A stretch of DNA of 52,544 nt, filler included, from Bipalium vagum (lineage: Eukaryota): assembly GCA_037834085.1 (NCBI GenBank). It is 3 parts of 3 records of this genome, joined end to end, with 100 filler letters (N's around TTAATTAATTAA, not from the genome) between each part and the next. Parts side by side here need not be neighbours in the genome. Positions count along the whole stretch, not along the records: positions 1 to 15,883 come from JBBMKC010140133.1; positions 15,984 to 35,124 come from JBBMKC010009223.1; 1 more part is not named here. One strand, written 5' to 3'. The translations under genes and the position numbers were made by a program. Under the pieces are notes generated by a model. It saw only the letters and a program-made list of their open reading frames with translations, did no database searches and had not been told where the DNA came from. This document shows positions 12,992 through 24,595 of this stretch, piece after piece (position 1 is the first letter of the stretch; each line of letters starts with the position of its first letter).

Positions 12992-13032
<41 letters not shown>
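12992..13032. repeat. (AAT)n microsatellite
   Basis: About 13 perfect AAT units seen directly. Confidence 0.95.
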
Positions 13033-13033
<1 letters not shown>

Positions 13034-13299
13034 CATAATTATCATAAAGTATAATATTTAATTAACCTACATGTATGTTAAGACAATGAGAGTGCATACC
13101 TGTTTTATAATACATATTTTCACATTTTTGAAATATACACAAACCTATATTTTGTTATACCATCAGAAATGTTACACAAAATTTTAATACGTCCAATCAT
13201 AGATTCAATCAAAATAAGGAGATATTTTGTGCTGCTCATTAAATTATTCTATATTTTCTCTAACTTAGAGAATCACTAGTCATTATCAGTCGTCAGCTC

Positions 13300-13800
13300 C
13301 TAATCTCGTTTCAGAATGCACTCCATGCAACCTCATAATTTTTTATTGTGGTTATGTCTGAATTATTACTAGGTCATAGAAATATCAATGATATCATGAG
13401 CCTCCAAAAATCTCTTTGTTGATCTGGAGGCATGTGGAGGAGCATTCTCCTGTTATAATCGACCCCCATTTGGTAAGAGTTTGACTATAAATGGCAGTAG
13501 ACTAGTTTTAAGAAGTTGTTGGTACCTTTCTGAAATCAACTTTCCTACACTGTTCTCCTATACGTCACCAGACATACTGAACAACCTCAGTGCTTAATAA
13601 AAAGTTACTCTCATTACTTAACTCTCCGATCTTTCAAACTTTTGATCTGTTTCATTTTCTGTAAAGGTTTTTACGTACATAGTCCATTTTCACATAGTCG
13701 TCTACTCATAGTCAAGGAAATATTAAGGATAATTTACTTTTGCATGTTGACAATATTTCTAAGCAGATTAGCTTTACACTTTCGAACGATATGATGTTCA
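13300..13800 (-). mobile_element. Tc1-like transposase relic
   Basis: Minus-strand VGKLISERYQQLLKTSLLPFIVKLLPNGGRL*QENAPPH resembles the Tc1 catalytic region (Y..IL...LLP...FQQDNAP.H). Boundaries uncertain. Confidence 0.55.
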
Positions 13801-14931
13801 GCTAACTCAATTTTGATTTTACTGCTTCCGTATTATGATCAGATATTGTTTTTCAAAGGATATTAAAGAGTTCTTTGAATACTGAAAACCTTGTGAATAA
13901 GATTTTTATAAAGAGAATATAAGTAAATTGGTGAAGTGAAGAATTTATTTTTCCTTTTTCTAAAATTGATTCAAGTATCATGCAGAGTTTTGATCCAACT
14001 TTACCTCAGACGAAGAACTGCAAAGTAATCAGTCAAAACTATTAGTGGGGTCTAAATTACAGTGGACTTTTAATTATTTTGGACATGAGATGATATTGAA
14101 AAACTTTTCAAAAAAGAACTTTTAACTATTTCAACTGTCTTCATCAACACATGACGAAAAACAGAAATTGAAGAATTACAGGAAATTTTAAATAAAAGTC
14201 ATTCTATGACCAAATTTGCAACGTTAATTTCTATTGACAAGGGAAACATTGATACTGGATCAGGTTATTGCATTAGTTGAAAGTATTTCAACAACGGATG
14301 TATTTGTAAATGTTTATAACGATAAAGACAAGGAAGAACGTATACTTCAAAAACTCGTGCATTAAGTGTTAAATACTTTGAATTATTAGTGAGCACTGAA
14401 GACATTGAACTTGAATTGCATCAGTCACTGAACAAAATTAAAAGAAGTTGTAGGTTTGTGAATGAAACTAACTTCATTCAGGCAAATTTGAAAATTATGG
14501 ATATGTTCTAAAGTACAATTTAGTTTAATTAAAACAATTTTTGTTATTTATTATTTTGTTTTTATTCTATTTGAATATTTGAGTCATTTGAACATTTTTG
14601 AAATCGCACCAGTTCAAGTAACTAAAAGTCAAAAAATGCAATAATGATTTCAACAATTTTTGTAATTTTATAAACACTGCTTATATTTTTGCAAATTTTT
14701 GAGATGATCAGTTCCTAAGGATATTTATGATTACATTTGTCACGTTATTCAATAATAGTAAAAGTGTTGGTTGGGATAAGCACAAAACCATGTGGAGAAG
14801 AATTCGAATTTGGGAGTGTGCTATTTTGATAACTGCACAAAAATTATCAACACTTTATCAAAGGAAATTTGTAAATTTATCAAAAACGGCAATTAATGAC
14901 ATTGGTTTTCCAAATATTAAATTTCTCTAAC

Positions 14932-15043
14932 CTCAGTTTGTAATTTTAATTGACGTTCATTTTGATAGGCAATAGTGGTAAAAAGGACCGATGTTGTAAA
15001 TCTAAAGCATTCATTAACAACTTGTTCATCGTGATCAGAAAAT
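14932..15043 (-). CDS. PDE2: PDE2-like phosphodiesterase exon, end of GAF-A
   Basis: FSDHDEQVVNECFRFTTSVLFTTIAYQNERQLKLQTE matches PDE2A [37 protein letters not shown]. Canonical splice sites. Confidence 0.93.
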
Positions 15044-15094
15044 CTAATTAATGTTCGTTAATAAAAGAAAAAATTATTTAATATTCAATATTAC

Positions 15095-15240
15095 TGGCCT
15101 TGGGCAAGATTGTTTACCAAACAGACAATTGCAATTACATCGTTCGTACCCTGATAGCATACTGGGACACAGAGGATGTTCTGGATATTGATAGACTGTT
15201 TACTGGCATTTATTATGTCATCAATTTCTTCAATTTGTTT
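15095..15240 (-). CDS. PDE2: PDE2-like phosphodiesterase exon, GAF-A
   Basis: KQIEEIDDIINASKQSINIQNILCVPVCYQGTNDVIAIVCLVNNLAQG(Q) carries the GAF LCVPV...VIA...N motif. 51-nt downstream intron, phases consistent. Confidence 0.92.
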
Positions 15241-15283
15241 CTAAATTCAATTTAATATATATACATCATAAATATAGTGTTAC

Positions 15284-15361
15284 CTTATTTAAAGTTCTTA
15301 AGTTTAATGTTTGCTTCGTTTTCAAAATCGTATCGAAAATAGCATTTTCCTCTGCATCAAA
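15284..15361 (-). CDS. PDE2: PDE2-like phosphodiesterase exon, GAF-A
   Basis: FDAEENAIFDTILKTKQTLNLRTLNK; AG/GT, phase 0/0, 43-nt downstream intron. Position corresponds to PDE2A [25 protein letters not shown]. Confidence 0.85.
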
Positions 15362-15459
15362 CTAAAGGGTCAAATATTCATAAGATATTAATATCTTAAT
15401 AAAACAATTCAAAGCAGTAATAAACCTATTGACAATGAATTAGTTTAAATACAACTTAC

Positions 15460-15495
15460 ATTGATAGGATCCTCTTGAATAACTTGACCAATAAC
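15460..15495 (-). CDS. PDE2: PDE2-like phosphodiesterase 36-nt exon, GAF-A
   Basis: ttttAG|VIGQVIQEDPIN|GTAAGT; matches PDE2A VIGDKVLGEEVS. Confidence 0.85.
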
Positions 15496-15727
15496 CTAAA
15501 AAGATAAAAAATTTTATTGTTAAAATTAATGTTTTTTTTATAAAATAGAGATCTTGTGGATAAAGCAGGAGCAACCAACAGAATAAAAAATTAATATTAG
15601 TAATTCAAAGTAAAATGGGAGAATATTTTTCGTATATTATTGAAAATAAATTTTACCTGAGAAAATTTTTAAAAAATTTTATTCTAAAATGTAATAATAA
15701 AATAATTATAATTACGAAATAATAATA

Positions 15728-15883
15728 TGTGTGGCCTTGCATTATCTTGTTGTAGGAGGACACATTTTCTGTTGATTAATTGTGGGTAACGCTTTTGCAT
15801 TATTTTGTAAACACGATCTAACTGTTGACAATAGACTTCAGACGTTATCGGATGACCGTCTGGAATTAATTCAAAATGTATGA
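15728..15883 (-). mobile_element. Mariner transposase fragment cut by the contig end
   Basis: Open frame IHFELIPDGHPITSEVYCQQLDRVYKIMQKRYPQLINRKCVLLQQDNARPH. Confidence 0.92.
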
Positions 15884-15983
15884 NNNNNNNNNNNNNNNNN
15901 NNNNNNNNNNNNNNNNNNNNNNNNNNNTTAATTAATTAANNNNNNNNNNNNNNNNNNNNNNNNNNNNNNNNNNNNNNNNNNNN
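15884..15983. other. Artificial contig linker or gap
   Basis: 44 N + TTAATTAATTAA (stops in all six frames) + 44 N = 100 bp. Confidence 0.97.
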
Positions 15984-16149
15984 AAATCATAAAACTTTTA
16001 ATATAATTCGTAATCTACAATTATTTCGATATTTACAGGGTGGCCTAAAACATATGGACGACACTGTATCTTTCACATATCTCTCTTTTATTATTTTCCA
16101 ATGTTATTCCAAAAATTACCTTTTTCCTTTAGCCTACAAATGCGCACTC

Positions 16150-18390
16150 TTAATGAGCACAAAGGATATAGAAAATCATTACGCAATATTAACTAAAGTG
16201 ATAAAGAGGATCAAAGAAGCATGACTTAGAAAAAATCTAGAGAAGTACCATATATTAAGAACAGAATACAAATTTATAGGTTATTCTAACTGACAAACAA
16301 AGAATCAAGACAGTTCAGCGAAAATTGAAACAATTAGAACATTTGAGAAGCCAAAATGTGTTAAAAATTTAAAAAGCTTTCTGAGCATTTGTAATTATTA
16401 TCGAACATTTATCAATGGGAATGCAGAAAAATCAAGAGTGTTAGAACAATTTTGTGGGAAGAACAATGAGAAATTAATATGGATTGAAGCATACAATGCA
16501 GCCTTCCAAGAATTGAAAGAGTCACTAACAAAAACGTAAGTGCTAGGTTTTCCAGACATTAAAAGGATGTTTATGTTAGACACTGACATCAGTTTTGAAG
16601 CAATTGGAGCAATGTTGTCACAGACAGACGATAATGGAAAAGAAAAAGTGATCGCATACGAATCAAATGCAGTAAACTGTCATGAAAAGGCATATTGCAT
16701 TACAAGAAAAGAATTATTAGCAATCTATTAGTTTTGTATTCATTTTAAGCATTACCTGTATGGCAAAAAAGCAATAGAATTCATGTTTAAGACGAAAAAG
16801 CCAATAACATCACAATTCCAGACGTGGGTAAACTATTTCAGCAGTCTAGATATAGAGCTTAAATACAGAAAAGGAATAGAGTACACGAATGCAGATATGT
16901 TATCGAAAAAAATTGAGGTTCATGCTCTCAGTGTATGATAATTCATGAAGAGCCAAAGACAGAAAAAAGGAAGACCAAAGTAATAAATACAGTAAACGAA
17001 GAGAGTATATAAATGGAGAATGATGAAAATGAAACCGATCAGATTAAGATTAAAGAAGATATTAAAAAGAAAATTACATCTTATGGTCTGATCAAAACGG
17101 TCCAAGGAAAGATATGGATTCCAAAAACCAAGAGCCGAATGTTAGTGGAAGAAATATAAAAATTCTAACACATGCGTAGACTGAAAAAGTTATTAATTAT
17201 ACAGCTGATTTATAAGATATGACAGACCTGAGAGAAGCAGAAACAGAAATTATAAAACAATGTAAAATCTGTCAGAAGCATAAAGTAGTCAACAAAAACA
17301 AAAGAAAATACAAAGAAATTATCAGCAGTGAGCCATTTGAAAAGATACATTTTCAGTCCGTTTAAAGAAACTTTTCGAAGGAAACAATACATATTAGATA
17401 TTAAAGTTCAGTATACCAGGTACATTTAATTAACGGCGATAATGAAACAGTATGAGAAAACAGTTAGAAGAGTAGTAATGGAAAAATAAATCTATAAATA
17501 TGATATACCAAAGGAAATTCACACAGATTGCGGAAAGGTCTTTGAATATATAGTTTTTAAGACACTAGTTATACAAATTAACAAAAACTCTGCTTGCCTA
17601 GCCCGTATCATCATAATACTACTATGGCTCAGAGAAGAAACAATGATTGAGAAAATTTTTTACCAGAAATTGAGTTTACTTTAAACGCAACATTTCAGAA
17701 AACATTAGGATGCAGCCCAACTGAACTCATATTTGGAAGAAAAATTTACAGAGAGGCTTGGGCCAGTAATAAAACATCAGAAAAATTAGAAAAAGGAAAC
17801 TTTCAAGATAGACCAAGAGAAGCAACAACAAGAAGAAAGTTCGACCTGGGGCAACAAGTACTTTTGAAGGTCGAAGGCAGAACTAAGGATAAAGAAAGAT
17901 ACGAAGATCCATACCAGGTGAACAGAAAAATTCATGACAGGAGATATGCATTGGAAGATAGTGAAGGAAAAACAATTGAAAGAAATGTGGAAAAATAAAA
18001 AAAATTCTTGAGAAGGGATGTGAGTATTTAAATTAATTTTTGAATTTTTATACTGTGCCTAATTTAAATTTTTAATCAAGTATAAATTTAATATTTTATT
18101 ATATTTATTAAATTTTGTATAGTTATTATTAATATTTTGAAATAATTTCATTGAAATGTTTTTGATATTTAATTATAAGGGCATAATAGATTAATGTATT
18201 AAGAATTTAAAATTGGTTTAAGTATTATTATTTTAAAAAGGCATTCAAAAATATATCTTTAAAACGACGACTGACTTTGTTGATATGAATAATATGAGTT
18301 ATCTTGAATAAACAAACTAATTTTTTAAAATCAAATTCTGATTCTTTAAGACCAAAAAAAATATAAATTGGTTTTTTGATACATTATACA
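16150..18390 (+). mobile_element. Decayed Ty3/gypsy pol (end of RT, RNase H, integrase), polypurine tract and probable 3' LTR
   Basis: LKSFLSICNYYRTFI; RNase H FMLDTDISFEAIGAMLSQ...VIAYES...YCITRKELLAI; TNADMLS; integrase PKEIHTDCGKVFE and SPYHHN; TFQKTLGCSPTELIFGR; purine tract gagaaggga followed by TGTGAG near 18019. Many stops. Confidence 0.9.
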
Positions 18391-18399
18391 GTATCAAAT

Positions 18400-19880
18400 A
18401 ATACAAAACTTGTTATAGAATTTGAAGTTCCTAATTCTTCTATTTTTCCACTTATATTGAACATTATTCTAAAATTATATTTGCAAATAAATTCTGAAAG
18501 CTTTTATATTCTCTATTTCTATTTCGAAAACTAACAAAGCTTTTGATAAATCTAAAGCATTTGCTGTTTATAATAAAAAATTTAAATGTACATTTTAATT
18601 TAAATTTGATGCCGTTGTTGGGTTTGAAGAAATTTCTAAATAATCAGACTTTCTTGTTGTTAAATCTTAAAAATAATTATTTTTATCTAAATTAAAATTA
18701 TGCATCATTTAATAAATGTGATAATTAAATAAATAATCAAAATCTTTTTCAATAAAATATGTTAACATATCTAAATAAATTTGAGGTTATTATTTTTAAA
18801 AATTAAAAAGAATTAAAATATTTGAATTTTTTCTTATGGTTTTAAAAAGTAAATCAAAAAAGATTATGATAAATAAATGATAGAACATTTATTATGTCTT
18901 CCTTTTTTAAAATATATTTCCATTATATATTGAATATTTAATTAATAACATCATTAAAATTATTAAGTTTTTAAATTTCTTTTCTTATTTTTTTAGAGGT
19001 TGGAAATCATTAGCTTTATTAAGTAATGTAACTTTTATTTTTCTTTATTTAAATTCATAATCTTTTTCTTGAAATGTCATTTTCTTTTTCTTTATAAAAA
19101 TTTTCTTTAGGAAAATTTTAATCGAAATAATTTAATATATTGAAAAATGGCTTGTAAGTAAACTTTTTTAGAAAATATAATTAATATAATTAAAGTTAAT
19201 AATATTTTATAAAATAAAGGTGTTTTTCAAGAAACGGATGATCCGATTATCAACATTCTAAATATTGAGTAAGTTTTTATGATGGTTATTTTTTTCTTTA
19301 TTATCATCTAGAAAATCAGAGCAGAATTCATTTATTTTATAAAAATATTTTAACATTTTAAACTTGTTTGAGGTCAATATTGCAAAACAAGCCTAGTTTA
19401 AAAGAATTGTTTAACTAATTTATTCACTATTAAAATCTACCAATTCATTTTCATCATCAATTATTTTAAAATTTTATACAATTATGGAATAATAGATTGG
19501 AAATTTAGGTTTTTTAAAATTATTTTATATTCTTTTTTAACTGAATTACTTGTCAAATCAAAAATTAAATTAGTTTATTCGCTATTATAATAAGCCTTTT
19601 CAACAATATAACATTCAATCACAAATATACTTATATTTGTAATATTTAATTGTTTTCAATAATATATGTCTTTTGAATATATTTTCCAGTTTCAAAACCT
19701 ATAATAACTGATAAACTATGTTGATGCATCAAAATTTAAATATATATCTTTTGTTTTCTTTTATATTTTGAACTTTCATAATAATTCTATTATTATTTTG
19801 TTAAATATTAAAAATAGAATTAGAAGAAGAAAAATATATTAAACTAATTCTTGTAATGAGTCTTCCATTTTATATTTATT
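18400..19880 (-). mobile_element. Heavily eroded non-LTR (LINE) reverse transcriptase-like relic
   Basis: Minus-strand ALDLSKA near 18540-18560 (DLSKAFD-like) within A-rich, coding-like sequence. No long ORF survives. Confidence 0.35.
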
Positions 19881-19959
19881 AAATGAATTAAAAAATTGAA
19901 AAAAAACAACAGAAAAAGAGAATAATTAGAATAATATTATATAATATTATAATTGCAAC

Positions 19960-22780
19960 TTGATCGGCTCCTTGGTACTTATCATGAAGATGATTTCTTT
20001 ATCGCCAGTTCTCATTCTGAACCTCCTTCCGTATAAATAATGTTGAAAGTGAATTCAAATTAATAAATGAACAGTGATTCCTTTCGAGTAATACAGTAAC
20101 CAATTTCATGGGTGCTCATGGTTTGAGAGCCGTATGCTATCACTAATTTTTTTCATGTTCGATCAGTTGAGACAGAACTGCTCCTATTGAATCAAAGCTT
20201 GTATCTGTATTTAGAATAAATTCCTTCTTAATATCGAGGAAACATAGTAAGGGACTTGATGTTAATGCTTTTTCATCTACTTGAACGCTTTTTCATCTCA
20301 AGTATCCATATTAATTTCTTCTCACTCTTTTCACTCTCTCTCTACTAGTATTTTTTTTATAAATCTTCTATAATAGTTACAGATTCCTAAAATAATTCTC
20401 AATCCTTTTACCTATTTCGGTCTTTCAAAATTTTTAATCGCCTCCAACTTTGAAGGGCCTTTACCCCATTTCGATTTACCACATGACCCAAAAATTTTAT
20501 TTTCTCTTTCAGCAAATGACACTTTTCTGGATTTATCTTTACTCCAGCTTCCCGCACTCTTCTCAGTACTTTGTTCAGAACCTGACAATGCTCACTCTCA
20601 GTCCCCGTAAACACTAATATGTCATCCAGATAAACCATTGCTCCTTTTATACAACCAACGACTTTCGTCATTATCTCCTGAAAAGTCCCTGGGGTTGCCA
20701 CTATTCCAAAGGTATTCTATTAAAACAATACTGTCCTTCCTTGGTAGAAAAAACTGTCTTGATCTTTGATGCCTTATCTAATTCCACTTGATAGTAGGCG
20801 TCCAACATCTCATTTACATTTAGCATCGGAAATGTCTGCCTTTCCGTCACTGCATTTAACTGCCGAAAATCCAAACATATACGAATATCTTTCTTCTCCT
20901 TCTTCCATACCCAAATCAACGGCGTGTTCCAACGTTAATTGCATTTCATAATAATCTCATTGTCGTTCTTAACAGTCTTTTTTATCTTCTCTTCTATGTT
21001 CATCGATTGTCTAAACGGCTTAAGATAAATTGGTTTTCCTGTTGTCTGAATATTGTGTTTCGTTAATGAGTACAGCCGATATCTCAATTGTTAGCCATGA
21101 AAACATTCTCGTTCTCTTTAATTATCTGGACCAATCACTGTTGCTAATTACCCCCATTAGTTCTACTGCTCTCTTAAAACGCTACCCTTCTTTGACTTCA
21201 TTACGAAACTTTCCTTTAATCTTACACTTATATGAATCTTCTCTTTTCTTTCCATCAGTTTTGATAAACCCGGAATTTTCTTTAACCAATCTTAATCCGA
21301 ATACCTTCTAAAAATTTATTCCGCAGATTAAATTCGGTGTGACGTCCTCTACTATTTAAGTTCACCAGTTTTGACTTATTTGCTACCCTCAACAGAATGG
21401 AGCATTTTCCACTATTTCCAGTTGGCTATTGTTCGCACATCTTAATCTGTCATTATTTCTCACTACTTCCACGTCTTTAAAGACGTTTAATATAAGGCTC
21501 CCACTAACTCCCCAACCAGTGGAGCCTTGTCTTTTGGGTATTGGTTTTACTGATCTTCGTATTAGACCATTTTATAGACGTCTACTTCCTCATCTAATGC
21601 ATTTAAATTATTCCTTCTATATAATTTTTCTGGTCCTCTGTGCTTGAAAACCACTACCAACATTAAGGTTCGTAGAACATTCCCTCTCACAATGTTCGTT
21701 CCTGTTGCACCTCATATAGTTCATATTTGGACAAGTTCTCCTAATATGACCCTCTCTCTGACATTCAAAACATACTTGAGCTTTCTTTTTTGGACAGTTC
21801 CTGCTAATGTGCCTTTGACCCGAACAGGTCCAGCATTTTATTTGTCTCCTTGCCGTACAGTTTCGAGCTAAATGACCCTCCTTATTACATCCGTAACATT
21901 TAATTTGTCTTTCTTTAAATGAGTTGATTCTTGTTTCATTATTTTGAGTTACCATTCTTGTAAAAATATCTCAATAACTCCTAACTGCACGCACTGAATT
22001 TTTCTTTTCTTTTTCTTTGATGTCAGTCATCAATCTCATTAAATCTTTAATTTCACTTCCTTTTTCAAGCCTTCGAATTCTGATTTCCTGCGTGATCTCT
22101 TCATCTCCCATACATTGAACCAAGAACAGTGCCTCCAGCTTTTCAACGGTCAGATCATGTTTCAGTGCTTTCTTTACTAATGATCTTACCTTCCTAAAAT
22201 AAGCTTCAATATCTTCACTGCCTCTTCTAAACGTTATTAATTCTTCTAGGTCGTTCACGAAATTTTTTTCATTTTCGAACAATATTAAGATTCTTGATTC
22301 AAATCCGCTTGCCTTCCCAGATGTTTCCTCACAGGCTTCCAATAGATATTCATGTAACAGCGCATAAATCTATGCTTCCCTTTTCTTTATTGGGGTCAAA
22401 TTATCTTTGACATCTTTTTATAAAACACAACACATCGTCTCTTTTTCTTAGTACATCAGAAGCTATTCTGTGTGCGATCAAATCCGGCAGTGTTAATGTC
22501 GCCAAATTATATTCTTGTGTTGTCATTTCAATAATAATATAAGATCAAAGCAATACTAATATATTTCATTAAATCCGATTACTCAAACCAACTTTTCAAA
22601 CATGGAACTCACCTTATTTTAAAATTAAATTATTTACTTTATAAAAATTTATTCACATTTGTTTAAAATAATTACTTAAATATTTAAAAAACTGTAATTT
22701 AATAATGGCTAATTTAGGCGTGAGGTCATTATTCAAAAAATTCAAGCAACTAATTATTCGAACCACTCCTTATAATATAT
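19960..22780 (-). mobile_element. Decayed Ty3/gypsy element (probable 5' LTR, PBS-like site, gag, protease region, RT, RNase H)
   Basis: PBS-like ttTGGCGACA near 22497-22506; gag ORF 21971-22342; CCHC knuckles in 21617-21955; RT IRICLDFRQLNAVT, YYQVEL, APGTFQ-like ATPGTFQ, VYLDDILVF, KFLGHVV; RNase H FILNTDTSFDSIGAVLSQ. Integrase is missing. LTR extent uncertain. Confidence 0.92.
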
Positions 22781-22828
22781 ATATAGTGAGGATTTTGTTT
22801 AGAAATTCGCCGATGAAAAAGTAAGAGG

Positions 22829-23427
22829 TGTAACGTGTTGTAAATTTGAGGTTGAAACATTCAGAAGATATTAGTTACTCTGATAATCAATTTAGCGTTA
22901 TTCAGTTTTCAAAAAGATATCAGTTCTCTCCCAAAATAAATTTTGTGTCGGAAGATTTTATTTTATTTGCGTCAGAAAGTTAAGTTTTATTGATTTTTTA
23001 ATATTTTACCCTTTAGGAATATGGTGAAACAGAATATTTCAATGGGTACCATCGAGTGAGGGAGCCCCTAGGCGACCGAAAATGGCCTAACAGACGACTT
23101 GGGGAGACCGATAATACTTTATTAAAATATTTCTTGTTTTTCATTGTCTTAATCAATTTAATCTCTAAAAATTTAAACTTGCTTAATTCGATTCTTGTTA
23201 TTTAACATTGATTATCATTATATTCTTTTTATAATATATTGATTTTGTAAACGACTTATTTTTGATTATAGAGTTTAATAAAATAAAGTTTATTGTGATT
23301 ATTTTTGATTCAAGATGTAAAAATAAAGCTTACTGAAAAGGTTTTGATTCGTTAAGGGTGATTGTGAGAATATTTTATTTCGATTTGTTTTCGAAGTAAT
23401 TTAGATTAAACGAACACGTTATCAACA
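22829..23427 (+). mobile_element. LTR-like block (about 600 bp)
   Basis: Begins TGTAACGTGTT and ends AACACGTTATCA(ACA), i.e. near-perfect 11-bp inverted termini with TG...CA. GC-rich hairpin cassette at 23043-23110, then an AT-rich tract with AATAAA. No TSD confirmed. Confidence 0.5.
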
Positions 23428-24417
23428 GTGTGGAGTTAGGAAAGTTGAGCTTAAAGTTACACATTTAGACAGAGGAAAATATTAACAAAATCATCAAAAT
23501 AGTATCATTTACTTTGATTGATTCTTTATTTTCTTTAATGCCTGTTAGGTTAATTTTATACTTATTTTAAATAAAAGTTTATGATTAATTTAACCAGACT
23601 TAATAGAAATTGAGAAAAATTAGTGATTAAATAAAAGATATATACTTTAATTCACACGGGTGACATACTCTGCGCATACTACCAAAGTGATCATCAATTC
23701 CGAAGAGGAAATCAAACTCACAGAAAGCTTGGAGTCATTGGCTTAGTACTATGAATTTGTCATCGTTTTCGTGTTTTAACACTTTCATTGATTAAAATTT
23801 TATATATTTTATAATCAGGTCTTAAAAACTAAAGCCAGTACTTCAGAATCATTTGAAGGGTCTGTTGGATTGATGCAATTGATTTCAGTTTTGAGTAATC
23901 CTGTGGATCTCAATAAAATATATATTTTATATATTGTATTATTCAAAATAAGAACATTTCTGTATATTGTTAGTTTCCAGAGAATTCAACTCTTTAGTAA
24001 AAGACAAAAATTTCTTTCAAGATTTATTTATTTAAGCATTTGGTAAACTTCTCAAAAATTAAGACTTTCAATTATTTTTTTATTATTATTTATTAAGAAA
24101 TTCTTTTTATTTTATTTAAATAATTTCTGAATTGATTTCTCAGAATTTTTAAATTTGGAGTTATCAATAAAAAGAATAAGAAAATAGAACAATTGTTGAA
24201 TAATTAAAAATTCTAAGTTCTATTTTATATTAAAAAATAATACTTGGTAAAAGTAAATAGAAAACTTTTTAAATAAGTAATTTATTATTTAAAAAAATTA
24301 TTGTAAATAAAAGTGTTTTAAATCATTACATTTGTTGAACTCTGCATTAATTTTTATGCACAGTAACGTGTTATAGTACAAGATTGCTTCTCAAATAATT
24401 ATATTTAGGTCTTTTAG

Positions 24418-24595
24418 ATGATATTTCAACGAATTTTTAAATCACTAAATGGTATTCGTAATTTTTCTGTGAATACTGTATGGAAAGATGGTATCAGAGT
24501 TCAAACAAAAAAATCGACTTTAATCTATGAACGTGAAAAGAAATATGGTGCACATAATTATAAACCATTACCAGTTGCTATTTGTAAAGGAAAAG
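24418..24595 (+). CDS. OAT: Ornithine aminotransferase (mitochondrial), coding exon 1
   Basis: Basic, acid-free presequence [17 protein letters not shown], then [25 protein letters not shown] (the OAT GAHNYHPLPV motif). Donor AG|GTATT, phase 1. Confidence 0.95.

Noticed and set aside
15928-15939. TTAATTAATTAA palindrome inside N runs (also 35169-35180)
   Set aside because: Synthetic six-frame-stop linker, not biological.
16034-16068. TA-CAGGGTGG...CGACACTG-TA as a 35-bp collapsed MITE
   Set aside because: The inverted match is too short and imperfect to distinguish from chance.
23653-23745. Faint resemblance of HTGDIL...VIINSEEEIK to the OAT C-terminus (THGDIIR...LVIKEDEL)
   Set aside because: Needs a frameshift, lacks RFAPPL, and lies upstream of exon 1; treated as chance.
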